Shown here: piece by piece, positions 30,244 through 41,704 of the stretch | How positions within the stretch are numbered: position 1 is the first letter of the stretch | Layout: every line of letters starts with the position of its first letter | Source of the DNA: Vulcanimicrobiota bacterium | Lineage (GTDB): Bacteria; Vulcanimicrobiota; Vulcanimicrobiia; Vulcanimicrobiales; Vulcanimicrobiaceae | Assembly: GCA_028287565.1 (NCBI GenBank) | Contig: JAQBPK010000259.1 | Coordinates: 3,146 to 67,145 of the forward strand | Direction of reading: 5' to 3' | DNA: 64,000 nt | Notes under the pieces: model-generated | What the model saw: the letters and a program-made list of their open reading frames with translations, nothing else | Told to the model about the DNA's origin: nothing | Databases searched by the model: none | Position numbers and translations under genes: made by a program

Positions 30244-33200
30244 ACGGCGCCACGTCGAAAACGTTCATCTTCGATGCCGCGCTCAAACAAGAGCGAGAGT
30301 ATTGGCTGCAACGGCTCGCCGGCGAAACGGGCCTCTCCACCATCGTGCGGGACGACGAGCGGCCGCGCGGGCTCGGAGCGGAACTGGACGAGACCGGCAT
30401 CGCGCTCGGAGGCGCATCGTACCAGCGATTGCGCGGGTTTACCGGCGGCTCGCCGTTTCTGATGTACGTGTTCCTGATGACGGCCTTGAAGGTGTGTCTT
30501 CACAAATACACGGGAAGCGAAGTCGTCGTCACGGGCAGCCCGGCGTTGAAGGCGCTCGGAAGGGCGAACGCGCTTGCAATCGTCGACGACGTGAAGGACG
30601 GCGCGACGTTCCGGGAGCTGCTCGTCGCCGTGCGAGCGACGCTGCTCGAGGCGTACAAGCGGCAGTCGTATCCGTTCTCCCGGCTGGTGCAAGATTTGGG
30701 GCGCGCGCACTCCGGCGAGCGCTGTCCGCTCTTCGACGTCGTCCTGGCGTTCCGCGAGCTGCACGGCGATCTTCCGGAGCTCCGCAACGACCTCACCATA
30801 ACGTTCGCGCAAGGCGCGGACGAGCTCTCGGGGCGGATCGCGTTCCGCCGCGGCCTGGCGTGCAGCGACGCCGTCACGCGCTTTGCCGGCCATCTGCTGC
30901 GCGTCGTCGAGGAAGCTCTCGACGAGATCGACAAGCGCGTCGCGGACATCGGGATGCTGACGAGCCGCGAGCGCGACGAGATCGTGCGCGAGTGGAACCG
31001 GACGACGGCGGAGTATCCGAAGACGACGCCGGTCAGCCGGCTGTTCGAAGAGCAGGTCGCGAGAACGCCCGATGCCGTCGCCGTGGTGGCAAACGGTGCG
31101 GAACTCTCCTACCGCGAGCTCAACCGGCGCGCCAATCGTTTGGCGCGGACGTTGCGGTCCGACGGCATCGGTTCGGGCTCCGTGGTCGGAATCATGATGG
31201 ACCGCTCGCCCGAGATGCTGACCGGCGTCTTGGCAACGCTCAAAGCGGGCGCCGCGTACCTGCCGCTCGACGCGAGCTGGCCGGAGTCTCGGATCGCTTT
31301 CGTCATGCGCGAGAGCGCGATGAAGGTCGTCCTGACGAAGGAGACGGCCGCCGGCACGGACGCGCAGCGTGACGACGACCTGGACGTTACCCCCGATCCG
31401 CAGGACGTCGCCTACATCCTCTACACGTCCGGCTCGACGGGGGAGCCCAAAGGAATCGTCGTCGAGCACCGCGCCGTCGTGAACTACGTGTGGTGGGCGA
31501 AAAAGCAGTATCTGCGCGGCGAGGCGTTGGATTTTCCGCTCTTCTCGCCGCTGACGTTCGACCTGACGGTGACCTCGGTGTTCGTCCCGCTCGTCTCGGG
31601 CGGCAAGGTCGTGATCTACGGCGACGACGAGCGGACGCGCGAGCCGTCAATCGTGCAGGTCATCGCGGACGGTGCCGTCGGCGTCGTGAAGCTCACGCCC
31701 GCGCACCTGGAGCTCATCAAGCACCGTGAGATCGCGCCGAAGCGGATCAAGAAGCTGATCCTGGGCGGCGAAGATCTGAAGACCGCGACCGCGCGCGCCG
31801 CGCTGCGCGTCTTCGGCAACGACGTCGAAGTCTACAACGAGTACGGTCCGACCGAGACGGTGGTGGGCTGCATGATCCATCGGTTCGATGCGGCCGCGGA
31901 CACGGCGGCCTCGGTGCCGATCGGCAAGCCGGCGGACAACGTGCGAATCTACGTGCTCGACGCAGCGCTCAACCCCGTGCCGGCCGGAGTGGTCGGCGAG
32001 ATCTACATCGCGGGCGACGGGCTGGCACGCGGATATTTGAACCGGCCCGACCTGACCGCCGAAAAGTTCGTCCCCGATCCCTTCGCCGCCGGTGCGAGAA
32101 TGTATCGCACCGGCGATCTGGCGCGCCGGCTGCCGGACGGCAACATGGAGTTCCGCGGCCGGGCCGATCATCAGGTGAAGATCAGGGGCGCGCGCATCGA
32201 GCTCGCCGAGGTGGAAGCGGCGCTGTCGGCGCACGCCGACGTCCGCGAGTGCGTCGTCGACGTGGTGCGGCACGGCAACGTGCGCGAGAGCGCGGCGGCC
32301 GTGACGTATTGCGCCACGTGCGGCCTGCCCTCCAACTATCCGGGGGCGACGTTCGACGCCGCCGGCGTCTGCAACGAGTGCCATGCCTTCGACGCGTACC
32401 GCGACAAGGCGCTCAACTATTTCCGCCCGATGGACGAGCTGCACGCGATCGTCGAGAAGGTCAAGGCCGCCGGCAACCCCCGCTACGACTGCATGGTGCT
32501 CTACAGCGGCGGCAAAGACAGCACGTACGCGCTGTACCAGCTCGCATCGATGGGCCTGCGGATCCTCGCCTTCACGCTCGACAACGGCTACATCTCCGAA
32601 GGCGCCAAGGCGAACATCCGCCGCGTGGTCGGCGAGCTCAACGTCGACCATGTCTTCGGGGCGACCCCGTTCATGCGGAGCATCTTCGCCGACAGCTTGC
32701 GCAAGAACGGCACCGTCTGCGACGGGTGCTTCAAGACGATCTACACGCTCAGCGCGAACGCGGCGCGCGAGCACGGGATCAGCTACATCTTCACCGGGCT
32801 CTCGCGCGGACAGCTCTTCGAGACGCGCTTGGCGGAGCTCTTCCACAACAACGTCTTCGACGTGGACGAGATCGACCGGTACGTGATCGAAGCGCGCAAG
32901 CTCTACCACCAGATGGACGACGTCATATCGAGATCGCTCGACGTGGCGATGTTCAAGGACGAGGCCACCTACGACAACCTCACGTTCGTCGACTTCTACC
33001 GCTATTGCGACGTGCAAATGGACGAGATCTACGACTTCCTGCGCAAGAGCGCGCCCTGGATCAGGCCCAAGGACACGGGGCGGTCGACCAACTGCCTGAT
33101 CAACGAAGTCGGAATCTACGTGCACAAGAAGACGCGCGGCTATCACAACTACGCGTTGCCGTACTGCTGGGACGTCCGCATGGGGCACAAGACGCGCGAA

Positions 33201-33860
33201 GCCGCGCTGCGCGAGCTCGACGAGCACATCGACGTGAACACGGTCAACAGCATCCTCGCCGAGATCGGTTACGACTGGGAGGAGGCCTCCGGCGAAGACA
33301 CCGACGCTTCGCTGGTGGGATACTACGTCTCCGAGAAGCGTCTGGCCGTCGGCGACCTGCGCGCGTATCTCTCGGAACGGCTTCCGGAGTACATGGTGCC
33401 GTCGTACTTCATCCGGCTCGACGCGATGCCGCTGACGCGCAACGGCAAGGTCGACCGCAAAGCGCTGCCCCAGCCCAAAGGCAAGCGGCCCGATCTCGCG
33501 TCGGCCTTCGCGCCGCCGACCAACCCGGTCGAAGCCGAGCTGGCGGAGATGTGGGCGCGGCTGCTCGGCCAGAAGCAGGTCGGCATCCACGACAACTTCT
33601 TCGACTTGGGCGGACACTCGCTGCTCGCCGCGCGCGTGATGGCGCGCGTGCGCACCGCGTTCGACGTCGACGTGCCGGTGAGCCGCCTCTTCGAGGTCCC
33701 GACGGTCGCGGCGCTCGCGGTCGCGATCGGCGACGCGCGAACGAACGATGTTGCCTCGCGCGAACCGGCGCTGGTTCGAATCCCCCGCGCGGCGCATCGC
33801 CGGCAGCGCTCGCCGGTCACCGGCGATCTCGATCGCTCCGCCGCCGGCGACGGTTCGTAG
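30240..33860 (+). CDS. NRPS: partial C - A(Asn) interrupted by an AANH/AMDH-type domain - T
   Basis: A motifs YTSGSTGEPKG, YGPTE, YRTGDL, TRNGK. Inferred code DLTKIGEVGK (Asn). About 330-aa insert with CxxC..CxxC and SGGKDS after A8. T domain GGHSL. Confidence 0.9.
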   Translation: MNGATSKTFIFDAALKQEREYWLQRLAGETGLSTIVRDDERPRGLGAELDETGIALGGASYQRLRGFTGGSPFLMYVFLMTALKVCLHKYTGSEVVVTGSPALKALGRANALAIVDDVKDGATFRELLVAVRATLLEAYKRQSYPFSRLVQDLGRAHSGERCPLFDVVLAFRELHGDLPELRNDLTITFAQGADELSGRIAFRRGLACSDAVTRFAGHLLRVVEEALDEIDKRVADIGMLTSRERDEIVREWNRTTAEYPKTTPVSRLFEEQVARTPDAVAVVANGAELSYRELNRRANRLARTLRSDGIGSGSVVGIMMDRSPEMLTGVLATLKAGAAYLPLDASWPESRIAFVMRESAMKVVLTKETAAGTDAQRDDDLDVTPDPQDVAYILYTSGSTGEPKGIVVEHRAVVNYVWWAKKQYLRGEALDFPLFSPLTFDLTVTSVFVPLVSGGKVVIYGDDERTREPSIVQVIADGAVGVVKLTPAHLELIKHREIAPKRIKKLILGGEDLKTATARAALRVFGNDVEVYNEYGPTETVVGCMIHRFDAAADTAASVPIGKPADNVRIYVLDAALNPVPAGVVGEIYIAGDGLARGYLNRPDLTAEKFVPDPFAAGARMYRTGDLARRLPDGNMEFRGRADHQVKIRGARIELAEVEAALSAHADVRECVVDVVRHGNVRESAAAVTYCATCGLPSNYPGATFDAAGVCNECHAFDAYRDKALNYFRPMDELHAIVEKVKAAGNPRYDCMVLYSGGKDSTYALYQLASMGLRILAFTLDNGYISEGAKANIRRVVGELNVDHVFGATPFMRSIFADSLRKNGTVCDGCFKTIYTLSANAAREHGISYIFTGLSRGQLFETRLAELFHNNVFDVDEIDRYVIEARKLYHQMDDVISRSLDVAMFKDEATYDNLTFVDFYRYCDVQMDEIYDFLRKSAPWIRPKDTGRSTNCLINEVGIYVHKKTRGYHNYALPYCWDVRMGHKTREAALRELDEHIDVNTVNSILAEIGYDWEEASGEDTDASLVGYYVSEKRLAVGDLRAYLSERLPEYMVPSYFIRLDAMPLTRNGKVDRKALPQPKGKRPDLASAFAPPTNPVEAELAEMWARLLGQKQVGIHDNFFDLGGHSLLAARVMARVRTAFDVDVPVSRLFEVPTVAALAVAIGDARTNDVASREPALVRIPRAAHRRQRSPVTGDLDRSAAGDGS

Positions 33861-36800
33861 ATGCCGGCACCGCCGTCGGCCGAAGAAGTCTTCGTCTTCC
33901 CCGTCTCGTTCTCCCAAGAACGGCTGTGGTTTCTCGACCAGTTCGATCCGGGAAGCGCGGCCTACATCATCCCCGGCATGTACCACTTCCCCGGACCGCT
34001 GAACGTCGCGGCGCTCGAGCGCAGCCTCAACGAGATCGTGCGGCGCCACGAGGCGCTGCGAACGACGTTCGACGTCGTCGACGGAGAACCGGTACAAATC
34101 GTCGCCGCGAGCCTTACCCTGGTGCTGCATCGCGTCGACCTGCACAAGATGCCTGAGAGCACCCGCGGCACCGAGTTCCAGCGGCTGGCCGCGCACGAGG
34201 CTCGCCGGCCGTTCGATCTCGCCGCCGGCCCGCTGTTGCGAACGATCCTGGTGCAGCTCGGCGAGATGGATCACGTGCTGCTCCTCACCATGCACCACAT
34301 CGTCTCCGATGCGTGGTCGCGGGACGTTCTGTTTCGCGAGCTCAGCGCGATCTACAACGCGTACGCCGCCGGCAGGCCGTCGCCGCTGCCGGAGCTGCCG
34401 CTGCAATATGCCGACTTTGCGCTGTGGCAGCGCGAGCGCTTGCAAGGCGCGCTGCTCGACACGCACCTTACGTATTGGAAACGCAGGCTCGAGGGCGCCC
34501 CCGCCGTGCTGGAGCTCCCCGCCGACCGGCCGCGGCCGCCCGCGCCCGCGTTCCGCGGCGCCGCGCAAGCATTCGAGCTGAGCGCGTCGCTCTCCGACCG
34601 GCTCCGCGCGCTGAGCCAGGCCGAAGGCGCGACGCTGTTCATGACGCTGCTGGCGGCGTTCAAGACGTTGATCCACCGCTACACCGCGCAGACCGACATC
34701 GTCGTCGGCACGCCGATCGCCAACCGCGGCCGCCAAGAGCTCGAAGAGCTGATCGGCTTCTTCGTGAACACGCTGGCGCTGCGCACGACCGTCGCGCCCG
34801 ATCTCACCTTTCGCGAGCTGCTCCGAAACGTGCGCGACGCGGCGCGCGAGGCGTACACGCACCAAGATCTGCCGTTCGAGAAGCTGGTGCGCGAGCTGCA
34901 GCCCGAACGCCAAGTCAGCCACAACCCGCTCTTTCAGGTGATGTTCGCGTTCGACAAGGCGGCCGATGCGTCGCCGGCGTTTGCGCCGGCCGCGCCGCAA
35001 AGCGACGAGCCGGCTGCGAGCGTGTCGCAAGCCGTTGCGGGAACGGCGAAGTTCGATCTGACGCTCTTCGTCGCGGACGCGGGGCGCAAGCTCGCCGGAA
35101 CGCTCGAGTACAACACCGATCTGTTCGACGCGGACCGGATGACGCGCCTGATCGGCCATTTCCAAACGCTGCTGGAAGGGATCGTCGCGAATCCCGGCCG
35201 GCGTTTGTGCGATCTGCCACTGCTCACGCCCGCCGAGCGCCGGCACGTGACGGTGGAGTGGAACGCCACGCGGACGGCGTACGGCCCGGCCGGCTGCGTT
35301 CACCGGCTGTTCGAAGCCCACGCAGCGCGAACGCCGGACGCGGTCGCGGTGGTGTTCGAGAGCGAACCGCTGACGTACGGCGAGCTGAACCGGCGCGCGA
35401 ACCGGCTGGCACACCATCTGCGCACGCTCGGGATCGTTCCGGAGACGCGCGTCGGACTGTGTCTCGACCGCTCGCCCGAGATGATCGTCGCGCTGCTGGG
35501 GATCCTCAAGGCCGGCGGCGCGTACGTGCCGCTCGACCCGGCCTATCCGCGCGAACGCCTGGCGTTCATGGTGAGCGACGCCGAAGTACCGGTGCTCGTC
35601 ACCACCGACGGCCTGCGCAACGTGTTGCCGGGCGGTCCCGCCGTCGTTTGCCTCGACCGTGACGCGGCGCTGCTCGCCGCGCAACGCGAGGACGATCTCG
35701 CCGGCGGCGCGTCACCGGACAACCTGGTCTACGTCATCTACACGTCGGGCTCGACCGGGACTCCGAAGGGCGTCGCGATGCCGCACCGCCCGCTCTTCAA
35801 CTTGCTGTCGTGGCAAATCGCGAACTCGGAGCTCCCGCTCGAATCCCGAACGCTGCAGTTCCACCCGCTGAGCTTCGACGTCTCGTTTCAAGAGCTGTTC
35901 TCGACGCTGTGCGGCGGCGGGACGCTCGTGTTCGCCGTCGACGACGTGCGGCGCGACTTCGCCCGCTTGTCGCGGTACCTCGCCGAGATGTCGATCGCGC
36001 GGATGTTCATCCCGCCGGTCGTCCTGCAAGGGCTCGCCGAAGCTTGCGCCGGCGCGAACGACGTCCCCGTCACGCTGCGCCATATCATCGTCGCCGGCGA
36101 CCAGCTGCGCATCACACCGGTCGTCGCCGCATTCTGCGCGCGGCTCCCCGGCTGCATCGTGCGCAACCACTACGGGCCCACCGAAACGCACCTGGTCACG
36201 GACTTCGCGCTGACGGGCCCGCCGGACCGCCGGCCGTTCCTCCCGCCGATCGGCCGTCCGATCGCGAACGTGCGAACGTACGTGTTGAGCCCGCACCTGC
36301 AGCCGGTCCCGATCGGCGTTCCGGGCGAGCTCTACATCGGCGGCGACGGTTTGGCGCGCGGTTACCTGAACCGGCCCGAGCTGACCGCGGAGCGGTTCGT
36401 CCCCGATCCCTTCGGCGACGAACCGGGCGCGCGTCTCTACAAGAGCGGCGATCTGGTGCGTTCTTTCGCCGACGGCAACATCGAGTTTCTCGGCCGCATC
36501 GATCATCAAGTGAAAATCCGCGGTTTCCGCATCGAACCGGGCGAGATCGAGGCGGTGCTCGGACGCCACCCCGCGCTGCGCGAATGCGCGGTGATCGCGC
36601 GCGACGACGGTTCGGGCGAGCGGCGGCTGGTGGCGTATCTCGTCCCGCACGACGGACAGGCGCCGACGACGACGGAGCTGCGGCGTTTCCTCAACACGAC
36701 GCTGCCCGAATACATGCTCCCGTCGAGCTTCGTGCTGCTCGAGGCGCTGCCGCAGTCGCCGAACGGCAAGCTCGAGCGCAGCGCGTTGCCCGCGCCGCAG

Positions 36801-37187
36801 GCGACGCGGCCGTCACTGGAAGAGACGTTCGTGGCGCCGAGCAACGCGCTCGAGACGGCGCTGGCGGCAATCTGGGCGGAAGTGCTCGGTCTGGAGCGGA
36901 TCGGCGTGCACGATAATTTCTTCGAGCTCGGCGGTCACTCGCTGCTCGCCACCCAGCTCGTCTCTCGCGTGCGCGACCGGCTGCACGCCGAGCTGCCGCT
37001 GCGCAGATTGTTCGAAGGGCCGACCGTCGCCGAGCTCGCCGCTGCAGTGGACGAGCTGCTCGCGGAGCGGCGCACGGAGCCGGCGGATCCGGTCGAGCGC
37101 ATGGACCAAGGCCAGGTGGAGCAGCTGCTGGCAAAGCTCGACCAGCTCTCCGACGCGCAAGTCGAAGAGCTGCTGCGGCAGCTTTGA
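33861..37187 (+). CDS. NRPS module C-A(Pro-like)-T
   Basis: HHIVSDA, then FDVSFQE, IIVAGD and [11 protein letters not shown] giving a code near DVQxIAHxVK (Pro/cyclic imino acid). GGHSL and C-terminal docking helix. Confidence 0.92.
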   Translation: MPAPPSAEEVFVFPVSFSQERLWFLDQFDPGSAAYIIPGMYHFPGPLNVAALERSLNEIVRRHEALRTTFDVVDGEPVQIVAASLTLVLHRVDLHKMPESTRGTEFQRLAAHEARRPFDLAAGPLLRTILVQLGEMDHVLLLTMHHIVSDAWSRDVLFRELSAIYNAYAAGRPSPLPELPLQYADFALWQRERLQGALLDTHLTYWKRRLEGAPAVLELPADRPRPPAPAFRGAAQAFELSASLSDRLRALSQAEGATLFMTLLAAFKTLIHRYTAQTDIVVGTPIANRGRQELEELIGFFVNTLALRTTVAPDLTFRELLRNVRDAAREAYTHQDLPFEKLVRELQPERQVSHNPLFQVMFAFDKAADASPAFAPAAPQSDEPAASVSQAVAGTAKFDLTLFVADAGRKLAGTLEYNTDLFDADRMTRLIGHFQTLLEGIVANPGRRLCDLPLLTPAERRHVTVEWNATRTAYGPAGCVHRLFEAHAARTPDAVAVVFESEPLTYGELNRRANRLAHHLRTLGIVPETRVGLCLDRSPEMIVALLGILKAGGAYVPLDPAYPRERLAFMVSDAEVPVLVTTDGLRNVLPGGPAVVCLDRDAALLAAQREDDLAGGASPDNLVYVIYTSGSTGTPKGVAMPHRPLFNLLSWQIANSELPLESRTLQFHPLSFDVSFQELFSTLCGGGTLVFAVDDVRRDFARLSRYLAEMSIARMFIPPVVLQGLAEACAGANDVPVTLRHIIVAGDQLRITPVVAAFCARLPGCIVRNHYGPTETHLVTDFALTGPPDRRPFLPPIGRPIANVRTYVLSPHLQPVPIGVPGELYIGGDGLARGYLNRPELTAERFVPDPFGDEPGARLYKSGDLVRSFADGNIEFLGRIDHQVKIRGFRIEPGEIEAVLGRHPALRECAVIARDDGSGERRLVAYLVPHDGQAPTTTELRRFLNTTLPEYMLPSSFVLLEALPQSPNGKLERSALPAPQATRPSLEETFVAPSNALETALAAIWAEVLGLERIGVHDNFFELGGHSLLATQLVSRVRDRLHAELPLRRLFEGPTVAELAAAVDELLAERRTEPADPVERMDQGQVEQLLAKLDQLSDAQVEELLRQL

Positions 37188-37209
37188 CACGCGAAAGGCA
37201 ATTGCCGCG

Positions 37210-40200
37210 ATGAGCGTCGAGGGCGCGAGCGAGCTTTCCGCCGAGGGCAAACGCTCGATGCTGCGGCGGCTCTTGGAGGAACGGGCCGCCGAGCCGAACG
37301 ACATGCGGCTCTCGTTCGCCCAGGAACGGTTGTGGTTTCTCGATCGCTTTCAGCCCGGGCTGTCGGTCTACAACATCGCAACCGGCATGTCGATCCCGGG
37401 TACGCTCGACGTTGCGGCGCTGCAGCAGTGCCTCGATGAGATCGTGCGGCGGCACGACGTTTTGCGCACGACGTTTCGAGTCGTCGACGGACAGCCGGTG
37501 CAGGTCGTGGCGCCGTTCTCGCCGGTACCGCTGCCGGTGATCGACCTGAGCCGGATGCCGGAAACGACGCGCGCAGCGGAGGCGGGCAGGCTGGCACTTC
37601 GCGAAGGGCAACGCCCGTTCGACTTGACGGAAGGGCCGCTTTTTCGCGCGAGCGTCGTGCGCTTCGACGCGAGCGCGAGCGCGCTGCTGCTGACGATGCA
37701 TCACATCGTCTCCGACGGCTGGTCGCTCGGCATCCTGATGCGCGAAGTCTCCGTGCTCTACGAAGCGTACGCCGGCGGGCGGCCCTCGCCGCTGCCGCCG
37801 CTGCCGCTGCAATATGCCGACTACGCGCGCCGGCAGCGCCAACGAATGCAAGGCGGCGTGCTCGAGCGCGAGCTGAGCTATTGGACGTCGCGGCTCGCGG
37901 GCGCGCCGACGCTGCTGGAGCTGCCGGCGGACCGGCCTCGCCCGGCGCTGCAGACGTTCGCCGGCGCGTGGCGGACGTTCCTCATCGACGCGAAGCTGCT
38001 CGAGCGGCTGCAGCGCGTGAGCCGGAACGCCGGCGTAACGCCGTACATGACACTGCTGGCGGCATTGCAGACGCTGCTGCACCGGTACACCGGGCAAACG
38101 GATCTGCTGCTGGGAACGCCGGTCGCCAACCGCACGCGCGCGGAGTATGAGGCGCTGATCGGCTTCTTTGCCAACACGCTCGTGGTGCGCACCGACGCCG
38201 GCGGCGACCCGCGGTTCGCCGACCTGCTGGCGCAGGTGCGAGAAGTGACGTTGGGTGCGTACGCGCACCAAGACCTGCCGTTCGAGAAGCTGGTCGAGGA
38301 GCTGCACCCCGCGCGGCATCTGAGCCATCATCCGCTGTTCCAGGTGATGTTCGCATACCAGAACGTGCCGACGATGCCGCAGCAGGCGCAAACGCCGGCG
38401 GCGGAGTTCGCGTCGCAGCTGGTGCTGGGCACCGCGCGGTTCGACTTGTCGCTGTTCATGGAAGAGACGGGCGACACGCTGCACGGAACGTTCGAGTACA
38501 ACACGGATCTGTTCGACCACGACCGGATCGAGCGCATGGCCGGCCACTTTCAAACGCTGCTGGCGGGCATCGCCGAAGCGCCGGAGCAGCGGCTCTCGGA
38601 GCTGCCGCTGCTCACGGCCGCGGAACGGGAGCAGCTCCTCGTCGCGTGGACGGCGACCGCGGACGAGACGTGGAACGATGGGCCGCACGAGCTGTTCGCC
38701 GCGCAGGCGCGGCTGCAGCCCGACGCCGTTGCCGTCGTGTGCGGTGACGAAACGTGCAGCTACGGCGAGCTGAACCGCCGCGCAAACCAGATGGCGCATT
38801 TCCTCCGCTCGATCGGCGCCGGTCCGGAGGTTCGCGTGGGCGTGTGCCTGGAGCGCTCGCTCGACATGGTTGTGGCATTGCTCGGCATCCTCAAAGCGGG
38901 TGCGGCGTACGTACCGCTCGACGCGGCCTACCCGGCGGAGCGGCTGAGCTTCATGCTCGCCGACGCGCGCGTCGCGGTCGTGCTGACGCACGACGGCATC
39001 GATCTGCCGCCGTGCGGGGCGCGCATCGTCCGTCTCGATACCGAGCGGCCGAGCATCGCGCGCGAGAGCGAGGAAAACCCGGCCGGCCGCGTTTTGCCCG
39101 GCAACCTCGCATACGTGATCTACACGTCGGGCTCGACCGGGACGCCTAAGGCGGTCTCGATCTCGCACGCCGCGTTGGCGAACGTGCTGTGTTCCGTCGC
39201 GCGCGAACCGGGTCTGACCTCGCGCGACACGCTGCTCGCGGTAACGACGTTGTCCTTCGACATCGCGACGCTAGAGCTGTTGCTGCCGCTGGCGGTGGGC
39301 GCCCGCCTCGTCATCGCGACCCGCGCGGCGGCGATGGACGGCGCCGCTTTGGTCGGCATGCTGAAGGCGACGGCGGCGACGGTGATGCAGGCGACGCCGG
39401 TCACCTGGCGTTTGCTGGTCGACGCCGGCTGGCAAGGCACGCCGAAGCTGAAGATACTCAGCGGGGGCGAGGCGCTTGCGCGGGACCTTGCCGACGAGCT
39501 GCTCGCGCGCGGCGCCGACCTGTGGAACCTCTACGGTCCGACGGAGACGACGATTTGGTCAACGGCGGGACGGGTTTTCGCGCGCGGGCCGATCTCCGTC
39601 GGGCGCGCGATCGCCAACACGCAGACGTACGTGCTCGACCGGTATCTCAACCCCGTTCCGGTCGGGATCGACGGCGAGCTCTACGTCGGCGGCCGCGGCC
39701 TCGCTCGCGGTTACCTCGAACGTCCCGATCTCACCGCGGAGCGATTCGTCCCGAACCCGTTCGGCGCGCCGGGAGAGCGGCTCTACCGTACCGGCGACAT
39801 CGCGCGCTATCGCGCGGACGGCAGCCTCGAGCTCGTCGGCCGCGCCGATCATCAGGTGAAGATTCGCGGTTTCCGCATCGAATGCGGCGAGATCGAGGCG
39901 GCGTTGCGGGAACATCCGGCGGTGTCCGGCGCCGCGGTCGTCGCGCGCGACAAGCGTCTCGTGGCATACGTCGTTCCGCGCGAGCAGGATGCTCCGACGG
40001 CCGACGCCATGTACGAGTTTCTCAGGCGTAAGCTGCCCGACTACATGCTGCCCTCGGCCTTCGTGTCGCTGCCGGCGTTGCCGCTGACGCCGAGCGGAAA
40101 GGTGGACCGTAAGGCGCTTCCGGAAAGCGACGCGGCGCGTCCCGCGCTCGAAGAGAGCTTCGTTGCGCCGCGCGACGAGATCGAGGAAGTGGTCGCAGCC

Positions 40201-40398
40201 GTTTGGGCCGAGGTCCTCCGCCTGGAGCACGTCGGAGTGCACGACAACTTTTTCGACCTCGGCGGGCACTCGTTGCTGGCGACGCAAATCGCCTCGCGGT
40301 TGAGCGACGTCTTCGAGGCCGAGGTGCCGGTGATTCTGCTGTTCGAGGCGTCCACCGTCGCGGAGTTCAGCGCGGCGCTGCGAAGCGATCCCGCATGA
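37210..40398 (+). CDS. NRPS module C-A(Gly)-T, no thioesterase
   Basis: HHIVSDG, inferred code DILQLGLIWK (Gly), GGHSL. The protein ends right after the T domain. Confidence 0.92.
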   Translation: MSVEGASELSAEGKRSMLRRLLEERAAEPNDMRLSFAQERLWFLDRFQPGLSVYNIATGMSIPGTLDVAALQQCLDEIVRRHDVLRTTFRVVDGQPVQVVAPFSPVPLPVIDLSRMPETTRAAEAGRLALREGQRPFDLTEGPLFRASVVRFDASASALLLTMHHIVSDGWSLGILMREVSVLYEAYAGGRPSPLPPLPLQYADYARRQRQRMQGGVLERELSYWTSRLAGAPTLLELPADRPRPALQTFAGAWRTFLIDAKLLERLQRVSRNAGVTPYMTLLAALQTLLHRYTGQTDLLLGTPVANRTRAEYEALIGFFANTLVVRTDAGGDPRFADLLAQVREVTLGAYAHQDLPFEKLVEELHPARHLSHHPLFQVMFAYQNVPTMPQQAQTPAAEFASQLVLGTARFDLSLFMEETGDTLHGTFEYNTDLFDHDRIERMAGHFQTLLAGIAEAPEQRLSELPLLTAAEREQLLVAWTATADETWNDGPHELFAAQARLQPDAVAVVCGDETCSYGELNRRANQMAHFLRSIGAGPEVRVGVCLERSLDMVVALLGILKAGAAYVPLDAAYPAERLSFMLADARVAVVLTHDGIDLPPCGARIVRLDTERPSIARESEENPAGRVLPGNLAYVIYTSGSTGTPKAVSISHAALANVLCSVAREPGLTSRDTLLAVTTLSFDIATLELLLPLAVGARLVIATRAAAMDGAALVGMLKATAATVMQATPVTWRLLVDAGWQGTPKLKILSGGEALARDLADELLARGADLWNLYGPTETTIWSTAGRVFARGPISVGRAIANTQTYVLDRYLNPVPVGIDGELYVGGRGLARGYLERPDLTAERFVPNPFGAPGERLYRTGDIARYRADGSLELVGRADHQVKIRGFRIECGEIEAALREHPAVSGAAVVARDKRLVAYVVPREQDAPTADAMYEFLRRKLPDYMLPSAFVSLPALPLTPSGKVDRKALPESDAARPALEESFVAPRDEIEEVVAAVWAEVLRLEHVGVHDNFFDLGGHSLLATQIASRLSDVFEAEVPVILLFEASTVAEFSAALRSDPA

Positions 40399-40401
40399 CT
40401 C

Positions 40402-41697
40402 GTGGATGAAGCGCTGTCGGCGGTCGCGCCGGGCTTCGCAGGCCACCGCGTCGTGCGCCAGCCGCCGCTGTGGGACGAAGCGGATCCCGAGCGGTACACG
40501 TACGCACTGTACGACGCGGAGCTCGACGTCGAGCAGCTGCTGCGGTTTTTCGAAGTGGCGCGCTCGCTCTCGCTGGTGAACCCGCGTCCGATCCCGCGGT
40601 CGCTCCTGGACGCCTCGGCGGCATACCATCCGGCCTTCTTCCGGGCAATGACGGGCGGCACGCGATCCGTCAACGACGCGCCGGGCCAGCTTCTCCACCT
40701 CCGTTCCCGTATTTTTCTCGCCGGCTGCACGTTGAGCGCCGCCATCGTACAGCTTCGTTACAGCGCCGCGACAATTCGCAGCAAGCTGCGGCATCTTTGG
40801 ATCGGCTGCAAGAACGCGCGAATCGCCGGGCTAGACGTCGACGCCGAGCGGCTCGAACGGATGATTATCGGTGTCGCGACGGATCCCGCGGACGACGTCA
40901 CCCGCCTCATCGCGCTCAAGGATCTCTATCACGAGGCGCTTCGCGCGCTCTTCCGCAACGAACCCTCCGTGCCGGCATCGCGCCTCGACGACGCCGCGCT
41001 GACGCCGCACGAACGCGAGCGTTTCGGCTTCGTGCCTCAGCTGCAAACTATCCTCGGCACCGATCTGCGTGCTCTCGTCGTCTACGGTTCTTCGGTCTCG
41101 AGCGAGTCTTTCGCGGATTATGACGTCATCGCCGTCGTCGGTGACACCCACCGGGCGCTGCGCATGCTGAGCGGATCGAACTTGGCGTACGGGTGCAAGC
41201 CCCTGAACCTCGCCGTGTACGACGCCGAAGGCTTTCGCCTCTATCAGCTCGCGTGCGGCGACAACATGGACTCGAACGCGCGCTGCGCATACGGCGAGGT
41301 GAGCATCGTGCTCAAGCCGCACGATGCTCTATCGGCTCGCAACTTCAGTTTCGGCTACCTTCGGATGCGCCAGCTGCTCGGCATGGCGGCACATCTCGCG
41401 CAATCGGAGAGCACCGCCCTCGACGATCGGGCCGAGTTGTTCGAGTACTTCGTGAAGGTACCGATGCACATCTACAAGGGTATCGCGGCGGTCGCCGGTG
41501 AGCCGGTCCATAAGGAGCGGCTGCGCGCACTGCTGGTGGAGCGCTGGGATTACGATCTCGAACGCCAGCGCCGGGCCGTCGCCGAAGGCGAGGCCGTATC
41601 GGCAATGTGCCGCGCGTTCCTCGCCACTGCGGCGGTCTTAAAGGACTTGGGCCGGATGCCTCACAAATCCACGTGTCCGGTATTTCCGTCGAAATGA
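40402..41697 (+). CDS. Protein with DNA-pol-beta-type nucleotidyltransferase motif
   Basis: LVVYGSS...FADYDVIAVV (hG[GS]x(n)DxD) in the C-terminal half. N-terminal half unrecognised. Confidence 0.6.
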   Translation: MDEALSAVAPGFAGHRVVRQPPLWDEADPERYTYALYDAELDVEQLLRFFEVARSLSLVNPRPIPRSLLDASAAYHPAFFRAMTGGTRSVNDAPGQLLHLRSRIFLAGCTLSAAIVQLRYSAATIRSKLRHLWIGCKNARIAGLDVDAERLERMIIGVATDPADDVTRLIALKDLYHEALRALFRNEPSVPASRLDDAALTPHERERFGFVPQLQTILGTDLRALVVYGSSVSSESFADYDVIAVVGDTHRALRMLSGSNLAYGCKPLNLAVYDAEGFRLYQLACGDNMDSNARCAYGEVSIVLKPHDALSARNFSFGYLRMRQLLGMAAHLAQSESTALDDRAELFEYFVKVPMHIYKGIAAVAGEPVHKERLRALLVERWDYDLERQRRAVAEGEAVSAMCRAFLATAAVLKDLGRMPHKSTCPVFPSK

Positions 41698-41704
41698 GGG
41701 TGGC

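Noticed and set aside
31647-35684. 1345-aa minus-strand ORF and similar long antisense ORFs (36691-39168, 54747-56552, 56453-59683)
   Set aside because: These are shadow ORFs opposite well-supported NRPS and chaperone genes, expected in high-GC coding DNA, and they carry no motifs.
28800-38600. Near-identical DNA stretches suggesting duplication or misassembly
   Set aside because: They correspond to conserved C- and A-domain motifs of paralogous NRPS modules and diverge between motifs.
27704-40398. Cluster as an albicidin/cystobactamid pathway
   Set aside because: It shares only the Asn-insert module. No p-aminobenzoate-type modules, PKS or pABA synthesis genes occur in the window.
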